Source: Eledone cirrhosa
Lineage: Eukaryota
Length of the DNA stretch: 64,000 bases
NCBI GenBank assembly: GCA_964016885.1
Contig: OZ024740.1
Span: 83,514,001-83,578,000 of the forward strand
Direction: 5' to 3'
Positions within the stretch are counted from its first letter, which is position 1, and every line of letters begins with the position of its first letter. A program made the position numbers and the translations under genes. This document shows, piece after piece, positions 26,063-41,701 of the stretch. Below the pieces are notes generated by a model, which worked only from the letters and a program-made list of their open reading frames with translations, was not told the origin of the DNA and did not search any database.

Positions 26063-29000
26063 AATGCACAAATATTTTCGTTTGTTCAGATGTATTATAA
26101 TATTGGATATTTATCACAAGTGTAATTGAATGTCTTAAATTTACAAGTCAAATGAGAACATGTCACGTATATCTTGTAAAAATAAAATGTTTACATATCT
26201 GAATGTTATGTTCTTTATAGACTGTCGTTTTGTACAATACAAAATACGCATGCCCGAATAAATGATAAAACATCATCTGTACATTGTAGAAAATTATGTT
26301 CACCACTGTGTTTAAGTTTGACATATCACAATAAAAAAGAATACCAATTCACATAAGTAATACATTCTAATAATATGATTATTAAGCTATAGATAGATAG
26401 AGAGAGGGGTGTATGGGGGGGGGGGAGAGAGGGAGGGAGAGTGGGGAAAAGAGAGAGAGAGAGAGATTTGTAATCCGATTAAACATTCCTATTTTATAAT
26501 ATAAACTCAGTATAAAGTAACGAAGCACTTTTATATTAACTGCATACATCAATATGAGATTATTTGTAAATATTATTATCTATAATTTTAATGTTATAAA
26601 GAAATCGCTGTTCTGTAAAACAGCAATTAAGTATATAATTGTGAAACTTTTCTTTCGAATTTAAATTCCGTTATATTTGTCTGTATCATCCAGGAAAATT
26701 AATATTGAAATATTAAAACAAAAAGAGATTTTCCATACCAATCACATTTTCTCTCAACATCACATTCAATGCAGCTAAAGATAGTTATAAATCATTTGTC
26801 TTCATAATCTCACAATCATTAAACCAGATGGAATAAAACAAAACATGAATTTCCAACAAAACATGAATTTCGTTTTATTGGAAATATTTGTTTTTCCGAT
26901 GAGGTAGGACAACTTTTTGCTTAACACATAAAATGCATCGGAAAACAAATCAAAACATTATTTTTATATGTTTTGGGGTTCCTATCATTGGTTTGTGTAA
27001 ACAATTCCAAATAGACACATGTCCATTCAACGATGGCAAAATACTAAAAATTGAAAGTGCTCAACTGATGAACATATTACTATTGTCATAAAAGCCACAC
27101 TCTTTTTTTATACAAAAGATTTTTCTATTAACATCCATCATATTAAGTATAGTCATGTGATTCCAGCTATTTGTATGAGGATATAGATGTTTGGGATATG
27201 ATATTTCTATGTATTGATATCGAAATATATAAATTAATTAAAGATTATAAGTAAATAATTGTTAAACAAAAACTATATATGCATGTGAGTGTGTGCATGT
27301 TTTTGTTTGTATGTCTGTATCTATATATGTATGCAAACACGTATGTATGTATGTGCGTACCTATGCATGTATATATGAATATATGTATGCATGGATGTAT
27401 ATAAGAATGTATGGATGGAGGGATGTATTAATTGAAAATAATATTTGTATACATTATTTAATGATGGGTGGGTTCCTCTCCCCACTGTTATTATCGTAGC
27501 ACGCATCTATCTAAATAAAAGAAATTGCACAACATGCCTAAACGTATCTGTGTATAGGAAGATGTAAAAAAGTAATATCCCGACTCGAATGTTTAAATTA
27601 TTTTGTGCATTATGAGGAGCTCTCAGCATGCAATGTATGTAATACAGATAAATAATCATTACATTTGTTGCTATACATATTTACGATTGTCATCTATACA
27701 ATAGGAGACCAGTGTTGAAATATACATTGTGTGCTCCACCACACACAATCAAAATTCCAGCACTTACATCTAGAAAACATGCATTTTGAAGGAATATATA
27801 TTCTTTCATTTGAGAAATATATAGATTAGGATTGCGACTCAGGGTCTAAAAAAATGAACGCACTAGGCGTTTGTAATGGATATAAATGTGTGTTCCAGTT
27901 AAGTGCTCGTATGGTTCCGGATTAGTAAATCAATTCATGCCATTTAGTCTTTCTTCGCGTCAGTTTATTTAACGGAAATTATTGAAACCATATATAAGAT
28001 CGTGTATCGAAAATATAGTGCAATGGGACAAATAATCAAACGGGTAATAATAAAATATATACATTCTTTCAAACTATAATAGTTTGGGTATGAATACACG
28101 AATACATTAGGAGATATACGCTGATAGTCGAAAACACGTTTCATGTGCTTTTATAGAAGTTTTAAATCTAAAGAGCTCATTCAATATTTATAGATCATTA
28201 CAGCTTAAATTTTCACGTATGTTAATCATGTATACTATATCATTCTCTATTTCAGATTTCAGCTACTGAAACTCTTTTGACTGAACGGCACCGGAGGTGG
28301 AGAAATCAAAGGTTATCCTTGAATATGTGGCCATATTTTATTGAACACTCAACATTTTGCCTTGATAATACACTACAATACGAACACTCTTCTTGTTGAA
28401 GTATTTCGATTTTCCATTATTCTACTTTCCTACACTATAATCTTATCAGTTGTAATTTTTCTTCAATAGTATAAATAATTCACTTTGCTAATCACTAAGT
28501 ATATCATTGGAAGAAGAATAGATGTAAGAATACATCTTTCCATAATTTACATATTTTAAATCCTTAAATATTGTGAAATATAGATGGAAGCTATTTACTC
28601 TTGTCCATGGAATATAATTCATAACACACAATACAAGTGTTGATGTCTTACCAACAATGCGACAATCTAATTTAGTCACTACATAAATAGGAGCATCATT
28701 ATCGGGTTAATTATATCGAATGTAGAAGCAGCAATTTGAATTATTAATTTTCGCCTGCAAGAAAATATCAACAAATGTTTCTTATGGTAACGCTATGAAA
28801 TAAAAAAGATATCATATTCTGCTATTCTATTCAAGTAACTCTCAAAAGAAGATTACCATATATATATTTTCATATGTGAAAATATATATGATTTCTCAAA
28901 TCAGATACCATCTACAATGTAAAGAAAAACAATCCAATATTCTGTGTTGGGCTTATTGAAATGTATAAGGAAAATATGGAACAATCGGATTTCATGAACC

Positions 29001-29448
29001 ACGAAAAAAACATGTAGTTATAGCACAAATGTTTAATGCAACCAAATCATTCGCATATTAAGGTATACATAATATTGAAGGTTAAACGTAGAAAATACGA
29101 AAGTAAAAATATAAGAATTTTGAGAAATAATTAATGAAAAGATTATTTGATACAAATCCAATCAACTTATGAATATGGCAATTACCATTTTCCTACATTG
29201 AAAACTATATTGCTATATTTTGTAATACGTTGAATCTCACGAAAAAGTGTTGATAGTCAATATATATCGATATTTATGTATTAATATATATACACATATA
29301 TACACATATATACACATATATACACATATGTCACAACATTCATACTGTTCAATTATATTATATATTCATATACGTACATTTCCGACTAAATTATATATAT
29401 ATATATATATATATAAAGCTTGTCACTAAGGTTATCCAAACGATCGTC

Positions 29449-30549
29449 ATGGATAACATGCTGAAATATAACGAATTTTTGGAAAAATTTAATTTATCAG
29501 AAGATTATTTTGAAGATAGCAATTTCACCATAAAGATAGAATATGATTATACGCAAAAGTTACAATGGAAAATTATAATAATATTCGTTTATGTATTAAT
29601 TATGTTAATTGGAATATTTGGTAATATTACTATAGCACTAATTATAATTACTAACAAACAATTCCATTCTGTCACAAATATTTTCATTGCCAACCTCGCG
29701 ATGTCAGATATTGGCATGTGTATTTTTAATTTACCATTTCAGCTTCATTATCAGCTAAGCGACAACTGGGTGTTTGGTAATGTTATGTGTACGGTTTTTA
29801 ATGCATCATTTGCAATACCTATATATGATTCAACAATGTGTATTCTAATGATTGCAATTGACCGCTATATCCTAATTGTTTATCCTTTTAGAAAGCGAAT
29901 GAGTAATAAAATGGCACTTCGTCTAACTCTATTAATAGCTCTCTTAGCAATTGGTCCTGCTATACCGATGGTTATCTACAGTAAGATTGTAGAATTGAAT
30001 ATCCCTGCTTTAAAACTTGTTAAAACTTTATGCAGTGAAGAATGGCCCTCTGAAGTAATAAGGCGAGTTTATACAGTATCCGTGTTTCTCCTGCAATTCT
30101 GCATTCCAATTATTGCTACTTCAATTCTATACAGTCGTATCTACACTGTTTTGAAAAACAGGCCCGTGAAAAAAACTGAGCACAGAAGGAGTCAGCGAAC
30201 AAATCGTATCCTTGTTTCTATAGTTACGCTCTTTACAATATGTTGGCTCCCATGGAACATTTTTAGTCTATTTGTCGAATTTGACCCAGATCTAGTCAAA
30301 GGCAAGTTCTTTAAAGTCACGGATCTCTTTCTAAAAAGCTTTGCTATGAGCTCTTCATGCATCAACCCATTTCTCTACGGATGGCTAAATGACAACTTCA
30401 AAAAAGAAATACGTCTATTATTTGACAACACCAAAAAGAAATGGAATCGGCGAACAGGCCATGCTCTCTTGGAGACAAAACGAAATAATTCAGATAATCC
30501 GCAAAACTCAATTGTGATGAATACCATGTCACAGGGAATCAATGTTTAA
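29449..30549 (+). CDS. Class A neuropeptide GPCR, NPY/prolactin-releasing peptide/sNPF receptor-like, intronless CDS
   Basis: Seven hydrophobic segments; GN, TNIFIANLAMSD, WVFG..MC, DRY, CSEEWP, CWLP, AMSSSCINPFLYGWLNDNF motifs. Confidence 0.93.
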   Translation: MDNMLKYNEFLEKFNLSEDYFEDSNFTIKIEYDYTQKLQWKIIIIFVYVLIMLIGIFGNITIALIIITNKQFHSVTNIFIANLAMSDIGMCIFNLPFQLHYQLSDNWVFGNVMCTVFNASFAIPIYDSTMCILMIAIDRYILIVYPFRKRMSNKMALRLTLLIALLAIGPAIPMVIYSKIVELNIPALKLVKTLCSEEWPSEVIRRVYTVSVFLLQFCIPIIATSILYSRIYTVLKNRPVKKTEHRRSQRTNRILVSIVTLFTICWLPWNIFSLFVEFDPDLVKGKFFKVTDLFLKSFAMSSSCINPFLYGWLNDNFKKEIRLLFDNTKKKWNRRTGHALLETKRNNSDNPQNSIVMNTMSQGINV

Positions 30550-30926
30550 CATTCTATAAATATTTGATTTTCTACTTTGATTTTCAGTGTTTACATGTGC
30601 CCAAGTTAATTAATCTCTCTGAACATTTAATTACCAATCTGAATGTTGTATTATTTGTTTATGTTGTTTTAAAATCCCATTGCATCACACAAGATACGAT
30701 ACACAATTCAAGTAACATATGTTAATGTGATCAACTACATCAACGTATATCAAAGTTTATCGTGTATTCTTAAATCTGATATATAAATTTCCCTTTCACA
30801 AAAACTTCCAATCTCTCCTAGAATATAAAAGTAACACACACGAACACACACATACATATACACACACGCATATGTATATATATAGATATATTATACATAA
30901 TATATATATATATTATAGTAATAACG

Positions 30927-30965
<39 letters not shown>

Positions 30966-30977
30966 TCAATAATAATA

Positions 30978-31021
<44 letters not shown>

Positions 31022-31024
31022 CTA

Positions 31025-31352
31025 TTCGACACGAGAGTGCAAGAGAAGGAGAGGGAGAAAATTAACCGATACTAGGACTTAAAGTGGGAGGTAAAAAGGA
31101 TTTGGAACTGCCATGAAGTCAAAGTGGTCCCGATTGTCATAAGCGCACTAGGCACTATCTCAAAAAGTTTCCAGCGATGGTTAAAGAAAATTGGCCCCTT
31201 CACGCTTTTTGGAACGCTTCAAAAGGCATGCTTGCTGGGAACAGCAAGAACCCTCCGATACGTCCTGAATATCTTAGGCTGCAGGTAGTGGCTTGATATT
31301 CATTTCAACAAACTTTCCAGTTAACTAACATCAATGACTGAGACTCAAAGAA
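31025..31352 (+). mobile_element. R4/Dong-like LINE family A, 5'-truncated, between (AAT)n tracts
   Basis: Nearly identical to 56425-56743; KEREKINRY.DL RLE-domain tail. Confidence 0.85.
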
Positions 31353-31359
31353 CAATAAC

Positions 31360-31411
<52 letters not shown>

Positions 31412-31576
31412 CTTTCTTTATTTTAATAATAATAGTAATAATAATATGAGTGAAAGGACCGATTCATATATATATATATGTGTGCGTGTGTGTATATACA
31501 TATACGTGTATATATATATATATATATATGTAAATATATATATATATACATTTACACACAACAGACAGACACACAG

Positions 31577-31648
<72 letters not shown>

Positions 31649-31841
31649 TTATATATATACATATATATGTGTGGGGGGAGTGTCTGTATGTATGTATATT
31701 TGGGTGGATAAATGATGGGATAATGGTAAAGACGATGGATGGAGAAATAGAAGTACAAGAGGAAAAATAAACGGAAAGATTGGAAGGTGGGGAAAACGAA
31801 AATGAAAGAGTACATAATACAGGAGAACGAGGTGACGGATT

Positions 31842-31935
31842 AAAAACTGGTTTATAAAGAATAAGCTTACCAAGAAATGTTATCTCATTTGCTTTCTCTA
31901 TGATATCATACGTACGAAACAATTCTGTAGAAAGG

Positions 31936-31971
<36 letters not shown>

Positions 31972-32029
31972 TCTTAAGAATATACCCATATATATATATA
32001 CTCTTAAGAATATACCCATACCACCAAGG

Positions 32030-32108
<79 letters not shown>

Positions 32109-32473
32109 CTTTTATGAATGTGTTTTGCGAGATTTCTTATCTGAAAATCTAAGTTGAAGCAGATATTGTTATACTTTGGGAGGGTCATGCTGCCAATAAA
32201 AACAAATACACCCATTGGTTTTCACTTCAATCTATTATAAGTTTTCGGATATTGTCAAGGCTCTTTTGTCACACATTCGGTGAACTTCTCATTGATAGGT
32301 TTTATTTTGTGTCCCTCCTTTGTTCTGTCCTACACCATCTGGACATAGTTTTGACAATATATAAACACCTTCCGGTTATCGAACCAACCAACTGAAAACT
32401 TATAATAAATTGAAGTGAAAACCCTAAGGTGCGTGTGCTTTCATTGGCAGCATGACCCTACCAAAGTATAACA

Positions 32474-32515
<42 letters not shown>

Positions 32516-32609
32516 CCTTTCTACAGAATTGTTTCGTACGTATGATATCATAGAGAAAGCAAATGGGATAAAATTTCTTGGTAAGCTTATTCTTTATAAA
32601 CCAGTTTTT
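31842..32609. repeat. About 100-bp inverted pair, each arm with a decayed hammerhead, enclosing a second palindrome
   Basis: 31842-31940 vs 32510-32609; ctttc-TCTATGA..GAAA-ca attc tg-TA-gaaag at 31892-31934. Confidence 0.8.
32105..32475. mobile_element. Fold-back element built from pLTR terminal sequence
   Basis: Arms 32164-32245/32397-32475; shared with 49963-50208 and the 48314/48910 termini. Confidence 0.7.
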
Positions 32610-32614
32610 ATATA

Positions 32615-32655
<41 letters not shown>

Positions 32656-32690
32656 CCACACGCCTTCACTATATATATATATATATATAT

Positions 32691-34161
<1,471 letters not shown>

Positions 34162-34280
34162 GAAGGCGTGTGGCTGAGTGGTTAGAGAATTAGATTCGCA
34201 ATCGTAAGGTTGTGAGTTCGATTCCTGGACCAGGCGATGCGTTATGTCCTTGAGCAAGACACTTTATTTCACGTTGCTCC
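34162..34280 (+). mobile_element. SINE family 2, 5' part
   Basis: A box TGGCTGAGTGG, B box GTTCGATTCC, then gtccttgagcaagacactt. Confidence 0.8.
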
Positions 34281-34414
34281 TTCTACTTGGAGTTGCGACC
34301 GATAGATAGTATTAGCAATTGGAAAGACCAACGGAAACATTGTTCCCTCGGTCCGATTTGACGAAAGTCGATCGTTCCTGTCGTTCCTATATATATATAT
34401 ATATATATATATTG

Positions 34415-34879
34415 CATTTCATCCTTTACGTGTTCCAGCCATCCAGTCTGTGTTGGCTATCCATTGGTGTAAGTGGGAGTTCGTTGCTGCTGCCCTTATG
34501 ATACCTTCGTACCGTGCTGCTGGCTAATCTGGGATCTTCATTAGTTTAAAACATGTACGTCCACACCATGCAGAACTCTCAACTTCTTTGGCAGCTTGTT
34601 GAACCATAGGCTATTGCAAATCTGGTCCTTATTCTAGATGTGAAATACGGAATCTTTGTCACCACACAGTGACGTCCTGTTCGGGGGCTGGTCCAGCTCT
34701 CAATGCCAAAGTTTGGTGCTAGCCCCTTCCAGGATTTTCCATATGTATATCACTGGGTATCTCTCCCGCCTTCATTCCAAGGACTAGAGTTTCAATTCTT
34801 TTAGCCTCTCCGAGTAACTTATCTTCTATATTGTGGCAATCCTTTTCGTGTAGCTTCGTTGGATCGCTTCAAGCCCCGT

Positions 34880-34880
<1 letters not shown>
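34415..34880 (-). mobile_element. CR1-like LINE 3' fragment
   Basis: - strand translates LEAIQRSYTKRI..SYSERLKELKL*SLE*RRER..IYIWKILEG. Confidence 0.75.
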
Positions 34881-34944
<64 letters not shown>

Positions 34945-35033
34945 TATATAAGTTATTCCTGGTTGAATCGGAGGTAACCACAGTAAGTAAGGTACTCAAT
35001 ACATAGCAGAGTATAAAAGTGTTAATATAGATG

Positions 35034-35128
35034 AGATTCTACAGGACTAGAACTATTTCATTCTTGAGAAATCATCAGGAATCCTGATGATTTCTCAAGA
35101 ATGAAACAGTTCTAGTTCTGTAGAATCT
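35034..35128. ncRNA. Two back-to-back type I hammerheads on opposite strands, forming a palindrome (element about 34950-35147)
   Basis: + strand: gaatc-CTGATGA-t ttct ca agaa t-GAAA-cag ttctagtt ctg-TA-gaatct. - strand: gattc-CTGATGA..GAAA-tag..ctg-TA-gaatct. Confidence 0.8.
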
Positions 35129-35145
35129 CATCTATATTAAAACTA

Positions 35146-35232
<87 letters not shown>

Positions 35233-36502
35233 GTGTACATGCGTGTATGTATGTGTGCGTGTGTGAGTGTGTGTATGTACGTGTGTGTGTGTTTGTGTGT
35301 GTATATATCTATACATTTTCTTAAGGCTAAATTCCAGAGTTATAAGACTCACAATTTAGCCTTAATAAAATCAATATTTAAACTCAGTTTTCTTATTGAG
35401 TACTGTTTTCTTTCAACCGTTAACGTATGGATATATATATATACATATATATATATATATGTGTGTGTGTCTGTGTGTGCTTATGTGTGTGCTTATGTGT
35501 GTGTGTGTATGCGTGTGTGTCTGTATTCGTACATGTTCACACATATATGGAAATATATAAATGAAAACTCAATGGTGTCTTTATCTGCCAACACATTTCG
35601 CCATATCCTCCTACTCTTTCAATATCATCTGCTTGCCATCCACCTTGTGGTCAACACTGAGACGATCCACAACTTGTGCCTGTGCTCTGAGCCATTTTCG
35701 TCCATCACTGTCTTTGAGAGCTTTTAGATGTTTTAACAGCTGTTCTAGAACGATTTTTCTCCTTTTTGCATCAATACTAAAACTATTTTTCTCTTTTTTG
35801 TGTGGACATATTTATGTTTAAGTGAATACAGGTAGCCGTATTTATGCCTATGCGTGAACATACAGAGATAGAGAGCCTCAAATATGAGATACCATATTTT
35901 TAATGCCTATGAACATTAAAAGATTTTGGAAGACACATCGTACATTTAGGCTTTGTTATATCATTGGGGTAAGACAGAATGCTAAACGTAAAATAATGAA
36001 ACATTAAGTGAAACACGATAATGCATGAACTTAATCAACAAGTACCTACAGTCAGTGTAATCACGTAAAACAGTGTCCCACAGGTTCTCTTATTCAGTCA
36101 ACCTTTCAAATACATTCTATAAGGAGACAACTTTAAACATAACCAGAAAGGAAGGAAATATTCTGGCATTACGTTGCTTTATACTTACAAGTAACCAGAT
36201 ATATCCCCCCCATAACATCTATAATCCAGTTAAAAACACATTATTATCACATATTCATTGAAATATATTTCGCAGAATATTGTAAGAAACAACGCCAAAT
36301 CTTGCCCAGTTCCTATCAGACACCAACGAGAAAACATAGTTTCTACAGAAACTTCTGCTACTATTGACGCCCATTGAACAGTCGCCTTTAGATCAATTGC
36401 TTCAACTGAAATATGATGCTATTTGCGTGTGTTATCAAGCATTTGTAAACAAAAAAAGTTATTAAGTTGAAAGTAAATTAATTCAAGTATGTTCATGCTT
36501 AT

Positions 36503-36582
<80 letters not shown>

Positions 36583-38439
36583 GCAAACACACAGTTACCC
36601 ACACAGCATTCAATATTATGTAATACATGCTTAACGTAACCAAACGCGGGATCCGAAAGCACAAATATTTCATATCCCATCACACGGATATTCTAGGATA
36701 CAATGAGCCCTTACCGATCAGGCTCTACATTGTAAGTCTTATATACCATATAACTGAGAGGATAACACTCTTCTTAGCAGATAAGGAATAGTTAAACTGT
36801 GGAAGCAAAAGTTGATCCTTCTTAAGAACAATTGTAAGCTCACCTAGATAAAGTTATTCCATTCATAATCAACCAGTCGTCAAACTCCAATCAATATAGG
36901 CACGCGTGCACATGCAAAATCCTGTACAAAAAATATAATTGTGAGCTTTTATATCGAAAAGGGTGTGTTGGTATATTTGCACAACAAATTTTGTGAATGT
37001 ATAATTTTATATGTATTTACACGGAAAATGTGGGCCTGTGTATGGGTCGGTGTATGTTTGCTTAACTGTGGGTGTGTTATGAGAGGGTACTATGCGTTTT
37101 TGCATGACAGCAAACCTAAGAACTATCACCGCTTCAAAATCCTAAAGCAAATTACGATATTCCCAGACATTCGCACATGTACGTTTATACATTCAAACAA
37201 AACACACATTTTAGTATTCATGCATAATGTTCAGGTACTCATACACTCTCTAGCACACAAACATTTACATATCGACAATAGCCATTCTTTCGTCACACCG
37301 ACCCAACATAGCGGTAATATGAATTCATACCTCAGCTATCAGGTTATCCTGTAGTTCCAAATCTGAATAGATAATAGCACTGGGATTTAGTCCAGCCAAA
37401 GTGTGTAAAGCAGCAATTGGGCATTTTGACTAAGGGTTGAATATCTACTATACAGGAAGGATTTTAAGTTGAAAATAAAAGGCTATATTGATGATTACAT
37501 TCACAGCTTACTTTATTTAATATGTCACACATAACCACATTTCTTATTCATAGATACACACAGACAAACAACTTCATAAATGCACACAAACATAGATATT
37601 GATATAGATGCTTTCAATAAGCATTCGGACATTCTGCTAAAATCCTAAGTCAGGCTACAAACCGCGCTTACCAAAAATAAATCTGGATTGGTTATTCGAG
37701 ATATATTGTGTCTAATATAATTATAGTTGCTATAAGTTAATATATACATTCATCATCAAAAGGACCTGCTAAGTACCCATATCGTAAGTCGCGTATACCC
37801 AATCTTGAATAAATAAAACTAATTTATATACACAAAGAAATTATGTATAAAAATGAACAAATACGAGCGGAAAGTGGGCATGTATATATATTTGAGTATA
37901 AGTATCTACATATCTCTGAATCCCCCTCTTCACCCTCACTCTCTAGATACACACCAAGAGTAATATATTATATACATATTATATACATATAATATAATAT
38001 AATATAATGAAGATTCCATTGAAACAAAGCGGAATTTGTATTTTATGGAAATGTCAAATCTCATTATATAACGTTGATTATTCAATATCTACAGAATCTA
38101 GTATGTAATGCTAAAAATAAGACAAGTCATATTGTTTACTTTATCAATTGTTTGATCTTCGTTTTAGAGAGAAAAACATTTATCGATAGCGAGAACAATG
38201 GTTATTAATTATGGAACTCCATATCATTAGATTCGAAAAATCACATCCGTTCTAGACTTAATCATCAGAAACAATTCCGAGGATACACGTCAGAAAGTAA
38301 GTGTTTTTTTTAAAGTTAATGATAAAGAGTTGCATAATTAGTCTGGATATGGATTCATTATTCGGCTTCAAAACGATCTTAAAACAATGTATTCTTTAAA
38401 TACTACTCCTTTTCTCCTTTTCTCCTTTTCACCGTTGAC

Positions 38440-38492
<53 letters not shown>

Positions 38493-38494
38493 AA

Positions 38495-38777
38495 CTAGAC
38501 AACCCGTGACACATTGGGTCACGTTCATTTCAAAATATTTCTTAAAAATAATGTTTACTTAAAAATAATTAAAATATACACAGACATGTATATAATGTGA
38601 AATGAAACTGGAAGGCCCATATATATACGTGTGTGTATGTATATATATATAAATGTCTGTGTATATATATACAGTATATGTATGTGTGTGTATATATATA
38701 TATATGTGGGCGTCTGTGATATATATATACACTGGTCATAGACACGCACACACACATATACATATACACACACACAA

Positions 38778-38872
<95 letters not shown>

Positions 38873-40227
38873 AAATTTCAAGTTATCAATAATGTAGTGA
38901 TAATATATCATCACGTTAGAGATGAACAGCGTATGTGGAGGTTTGCTCAACGGGTATAAATTATATTCCGGAGAAAATGTAGAAAAGATGAATATAAAAT
39001 GAAAGTGCTTTTATAAAGGAATTTATTAGGTATTGACATATGTTTCAGTAACAGACGTAATACCTATGTATCGCTGCTTGCGTAATCATATAATGTTAGC
39101 AAGTATTCGATAGAAAATGTATAATCAGTTGTCACTTCTTCAGAGATATTGGATAAATTGGAAAAAATCAGAAAAATTCAAGTATTTATATTAGTTGTAA
39201 GGAAGGAAGAAGAGAGGGGATAGTATATGACAGATGGCAATTCAATTTACTGGTAAACAAGTATATAGAAGGTTTTTAATGAGAATACAATGAGTATATG
39301 GCTTATTTTATCTAAATAAGAATTTTTGGGAGTGCCTATTTTAATCTATATTTGACCAATTGAACAATGGACAAGGCTGGTCGTTTGGTGTAGTAGTATT
39401 AATACAGATATAAAGTGTCAATTAAGGAAGAGGGAGATTTTCACTGTATAACAACAATGCTGGTAGCCTGCTGGTATATGCATTAGGGAATTGAATTAAG
39501 AAATCTCATTTTATCTATAGCAGTTTATATTAAATGGTAAAAAATAGAAGAGTTGATAGAATTAAGACTAATAGAGAATGTTAATATGTATTTTGACAAT
39601 CAAACGGAGATCTAGACAGGCGTTCAATCCTGGTAGCGTTTGTAATATGAAAATGTAGATTTCAACTCTTCTATTCTTTACCATTTAATATAAACTGCTA
39701 TAGATAAAATGAGATTTCTTCATTCAATTCCCTAATACATATACCAGCAAGCTACCAGTATTGTTGCTATACAGTAGCAGTGAAAATCTCCCTCTTCCTT
39801 AATTGACACTTTAAAACTGTATTAATACTACTACACCAAACGACCATTGTTCAATTGGTCAAATATAGATTAAAATAAGCACTCCCAAAAATTCTTAATT
39901 AGATAAAATAAGCCATATACTCATTGTATTCTCATTAAAAACCTTTTATATACCTGTTTACCAGTAAATTGAATTGCCATGTCATATAATATCCCCTCTC
40001 TTCTTCCTTCCTTACAACTAATATAAATACTTCAATTTTTCTGCTTTTTTCCAATTTATCCAATATCTCTGAAGAAGTGATAACTGATTATACATTTGCT
40101 ATCGAATACTTGCTAACATTATATGATTACGCAAGCAGCGATACATAGGTATTCCGTCTGTTACAGAAACATATGTCAATACCTAACAAATTCCTTTATA
40201 AAAGCACTTTCATTTTATATTCATCTT

Positions 40228-40270
<43 letters not shown>

Positions 40271-40576
40271 TACAAAACAACACCAACAGCTCTCTCTCTT
40301 TATTCAATTCTCCTTCGCTATCTCTTCTCACTCTCGCTATGTCTTTCTTTCAATCTACACTCTCACAACCACTATCTCTTTCTCTCTATTCTTCTCTTTC
40401 TCTGTTTATGAAAGTACACGCAAAAACCCCATATCTCAGTAAGCCGTGCTTCGATTTACGCGATACTTATTTTATTCCATTTGTATTCCCATTTCAGGGT
40501 ATTTCCCATTATGTACTCTTTTGGCTGTATTACATTACAGATGAGCAAGCAAGCAATCACAGAGATTTAGTAGTAT

Positions 40577-40578
<2 letters not shown>
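38495..40578 (-). mobile_element. Non-autonomous Helitron related to 20162-24305
   Basis: 38495-38620 matches the 24200-24305 end (hairpin plus CTAG) in reverse; 40470-40578 matches 20165-20300 in reverse. Confidence 0.8.
38980..40232. repeat. About 1.25-kb fold-back (570-bp arms, about 110-bp spacer) with hammerhead-like cores
   Basis: 38980-39553 vs 39663-40232; CTGAAGA-agtga..tgttac-GAAA-catatg-TC at 40069-40177 and its mirror. Confidence 0.9.
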
Positions 40579-40616
<38 letters not shown>

Positions 40617-40654
40617 ACACACACACACGTATATTCACACACACATACACACAC

Positions 40655-40709
<55 letters not shown>

Positions 40710-40720
40710 ATATATTAAAT

Positions 40721-41110
40721 ATAATTGTTTCTACTTTTGGCACAAGGCCAGCAAATACCCAGTGCATTACTGGTACTTTATTTTATCAACCCCGTAAGGA
40801 TGAAAGGCAAAGTTAACCCCGGCGGGATTTAAACTCAGAATAGCAAGGGGCGTAACTCTATGCGTCAAAGCATGGCGTGCGACCCTCTCTCGATACTGCC
40901 AATCCACCGCCTATATATAATATAAAATAATTGTTTCTACTTTAGGCACAAGGCCAGCAATTACCCAGTGCATTACTGGTACTTTATTTTATCGACCCCG
41001 TCAGGATGAAAGGCAAAGTCAACCTCGGCGGGATTTGAACTCAGATCGTAAAGGGACGTAACTATGCTGGAAAGCATGGCGTCCGACCCTCTACCGATAC
41101 TGCCAATCCA
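40721..41110 (-). mobile_element. Two tandem SINE family 1 copies
   Basis: 40721-40911 and 40926-41110 match 332-508. Confidence 0.88.
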
Positions 41111-41405
41111 AGGACGATTTGTTAAGCTTTCATTACGTTTATTGATTGGTGACGCGCGATAGGCTATTGAACAGCTCAAGGTTCGATCTGTATCGGTCTG
41201 GCCCGACTATCGAATCAAACGCTCGTCGGACTTCTCCTGTTGTAGAGACAGAATAAACATATAAATGTCTACAACAGCAGAGGTCCGACGAGTTTTTGAT
41301 TCCAGAGTCGGGCCAGATCGATACAGATCGAACCTCGAACTGATCACTAGCGAAACGCGTGTCACCAGTCAATAAATCTAATGAAGATTTAACAAATTCT
41401 CCTTG
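41110..41405. mobile_element. Diverged fold-back element with a long-stem-II hammerhead-like fold
   Basis: Imperfect palindrome centred near 41255; ggt-CCGACGA-[~60 nt]-GAAA-c gcgt g-TC-acc; insert similar to 14005-14052. Confidence 0.7.
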
Positions 41406-41527
41406 TATTATTATATTATTATATTACATTATGTCTAGCTCCTCACCTCGCCACTGACGTGAACCTAAACATCGAGTGCTCACCTCCAGGGTGAACCTAC
41501 AGTAACTTCACGTTACACATCCTGTAT

Positions 41528-41585
<58 letters not shown>

Positions 41586-41701
41586 GTGAGGTTTTTTTTA
41601 CAAAATGAAAAATAACCGAGGTGTCCTACAGGAGTTAAAGTATAAAGAAAAAAAGATGAAATCGAAAATGCAACTGGAGTCATATGTTTAAAAGAATATA
41701 T

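Noticed and set aside
32105-32245. [12 protein letters not shown] reading resembling a GIY-YIG motif
   Set aside because: Related sequence lies at element termini far 3' of the ribozyme (48314, 48910, 2625), so it is more likely non-coding pLTR tail
34162-34235. Possible tRNA gene
   Set aside because: The A/B boxes continue into a SINE body also seen at 4416-4673
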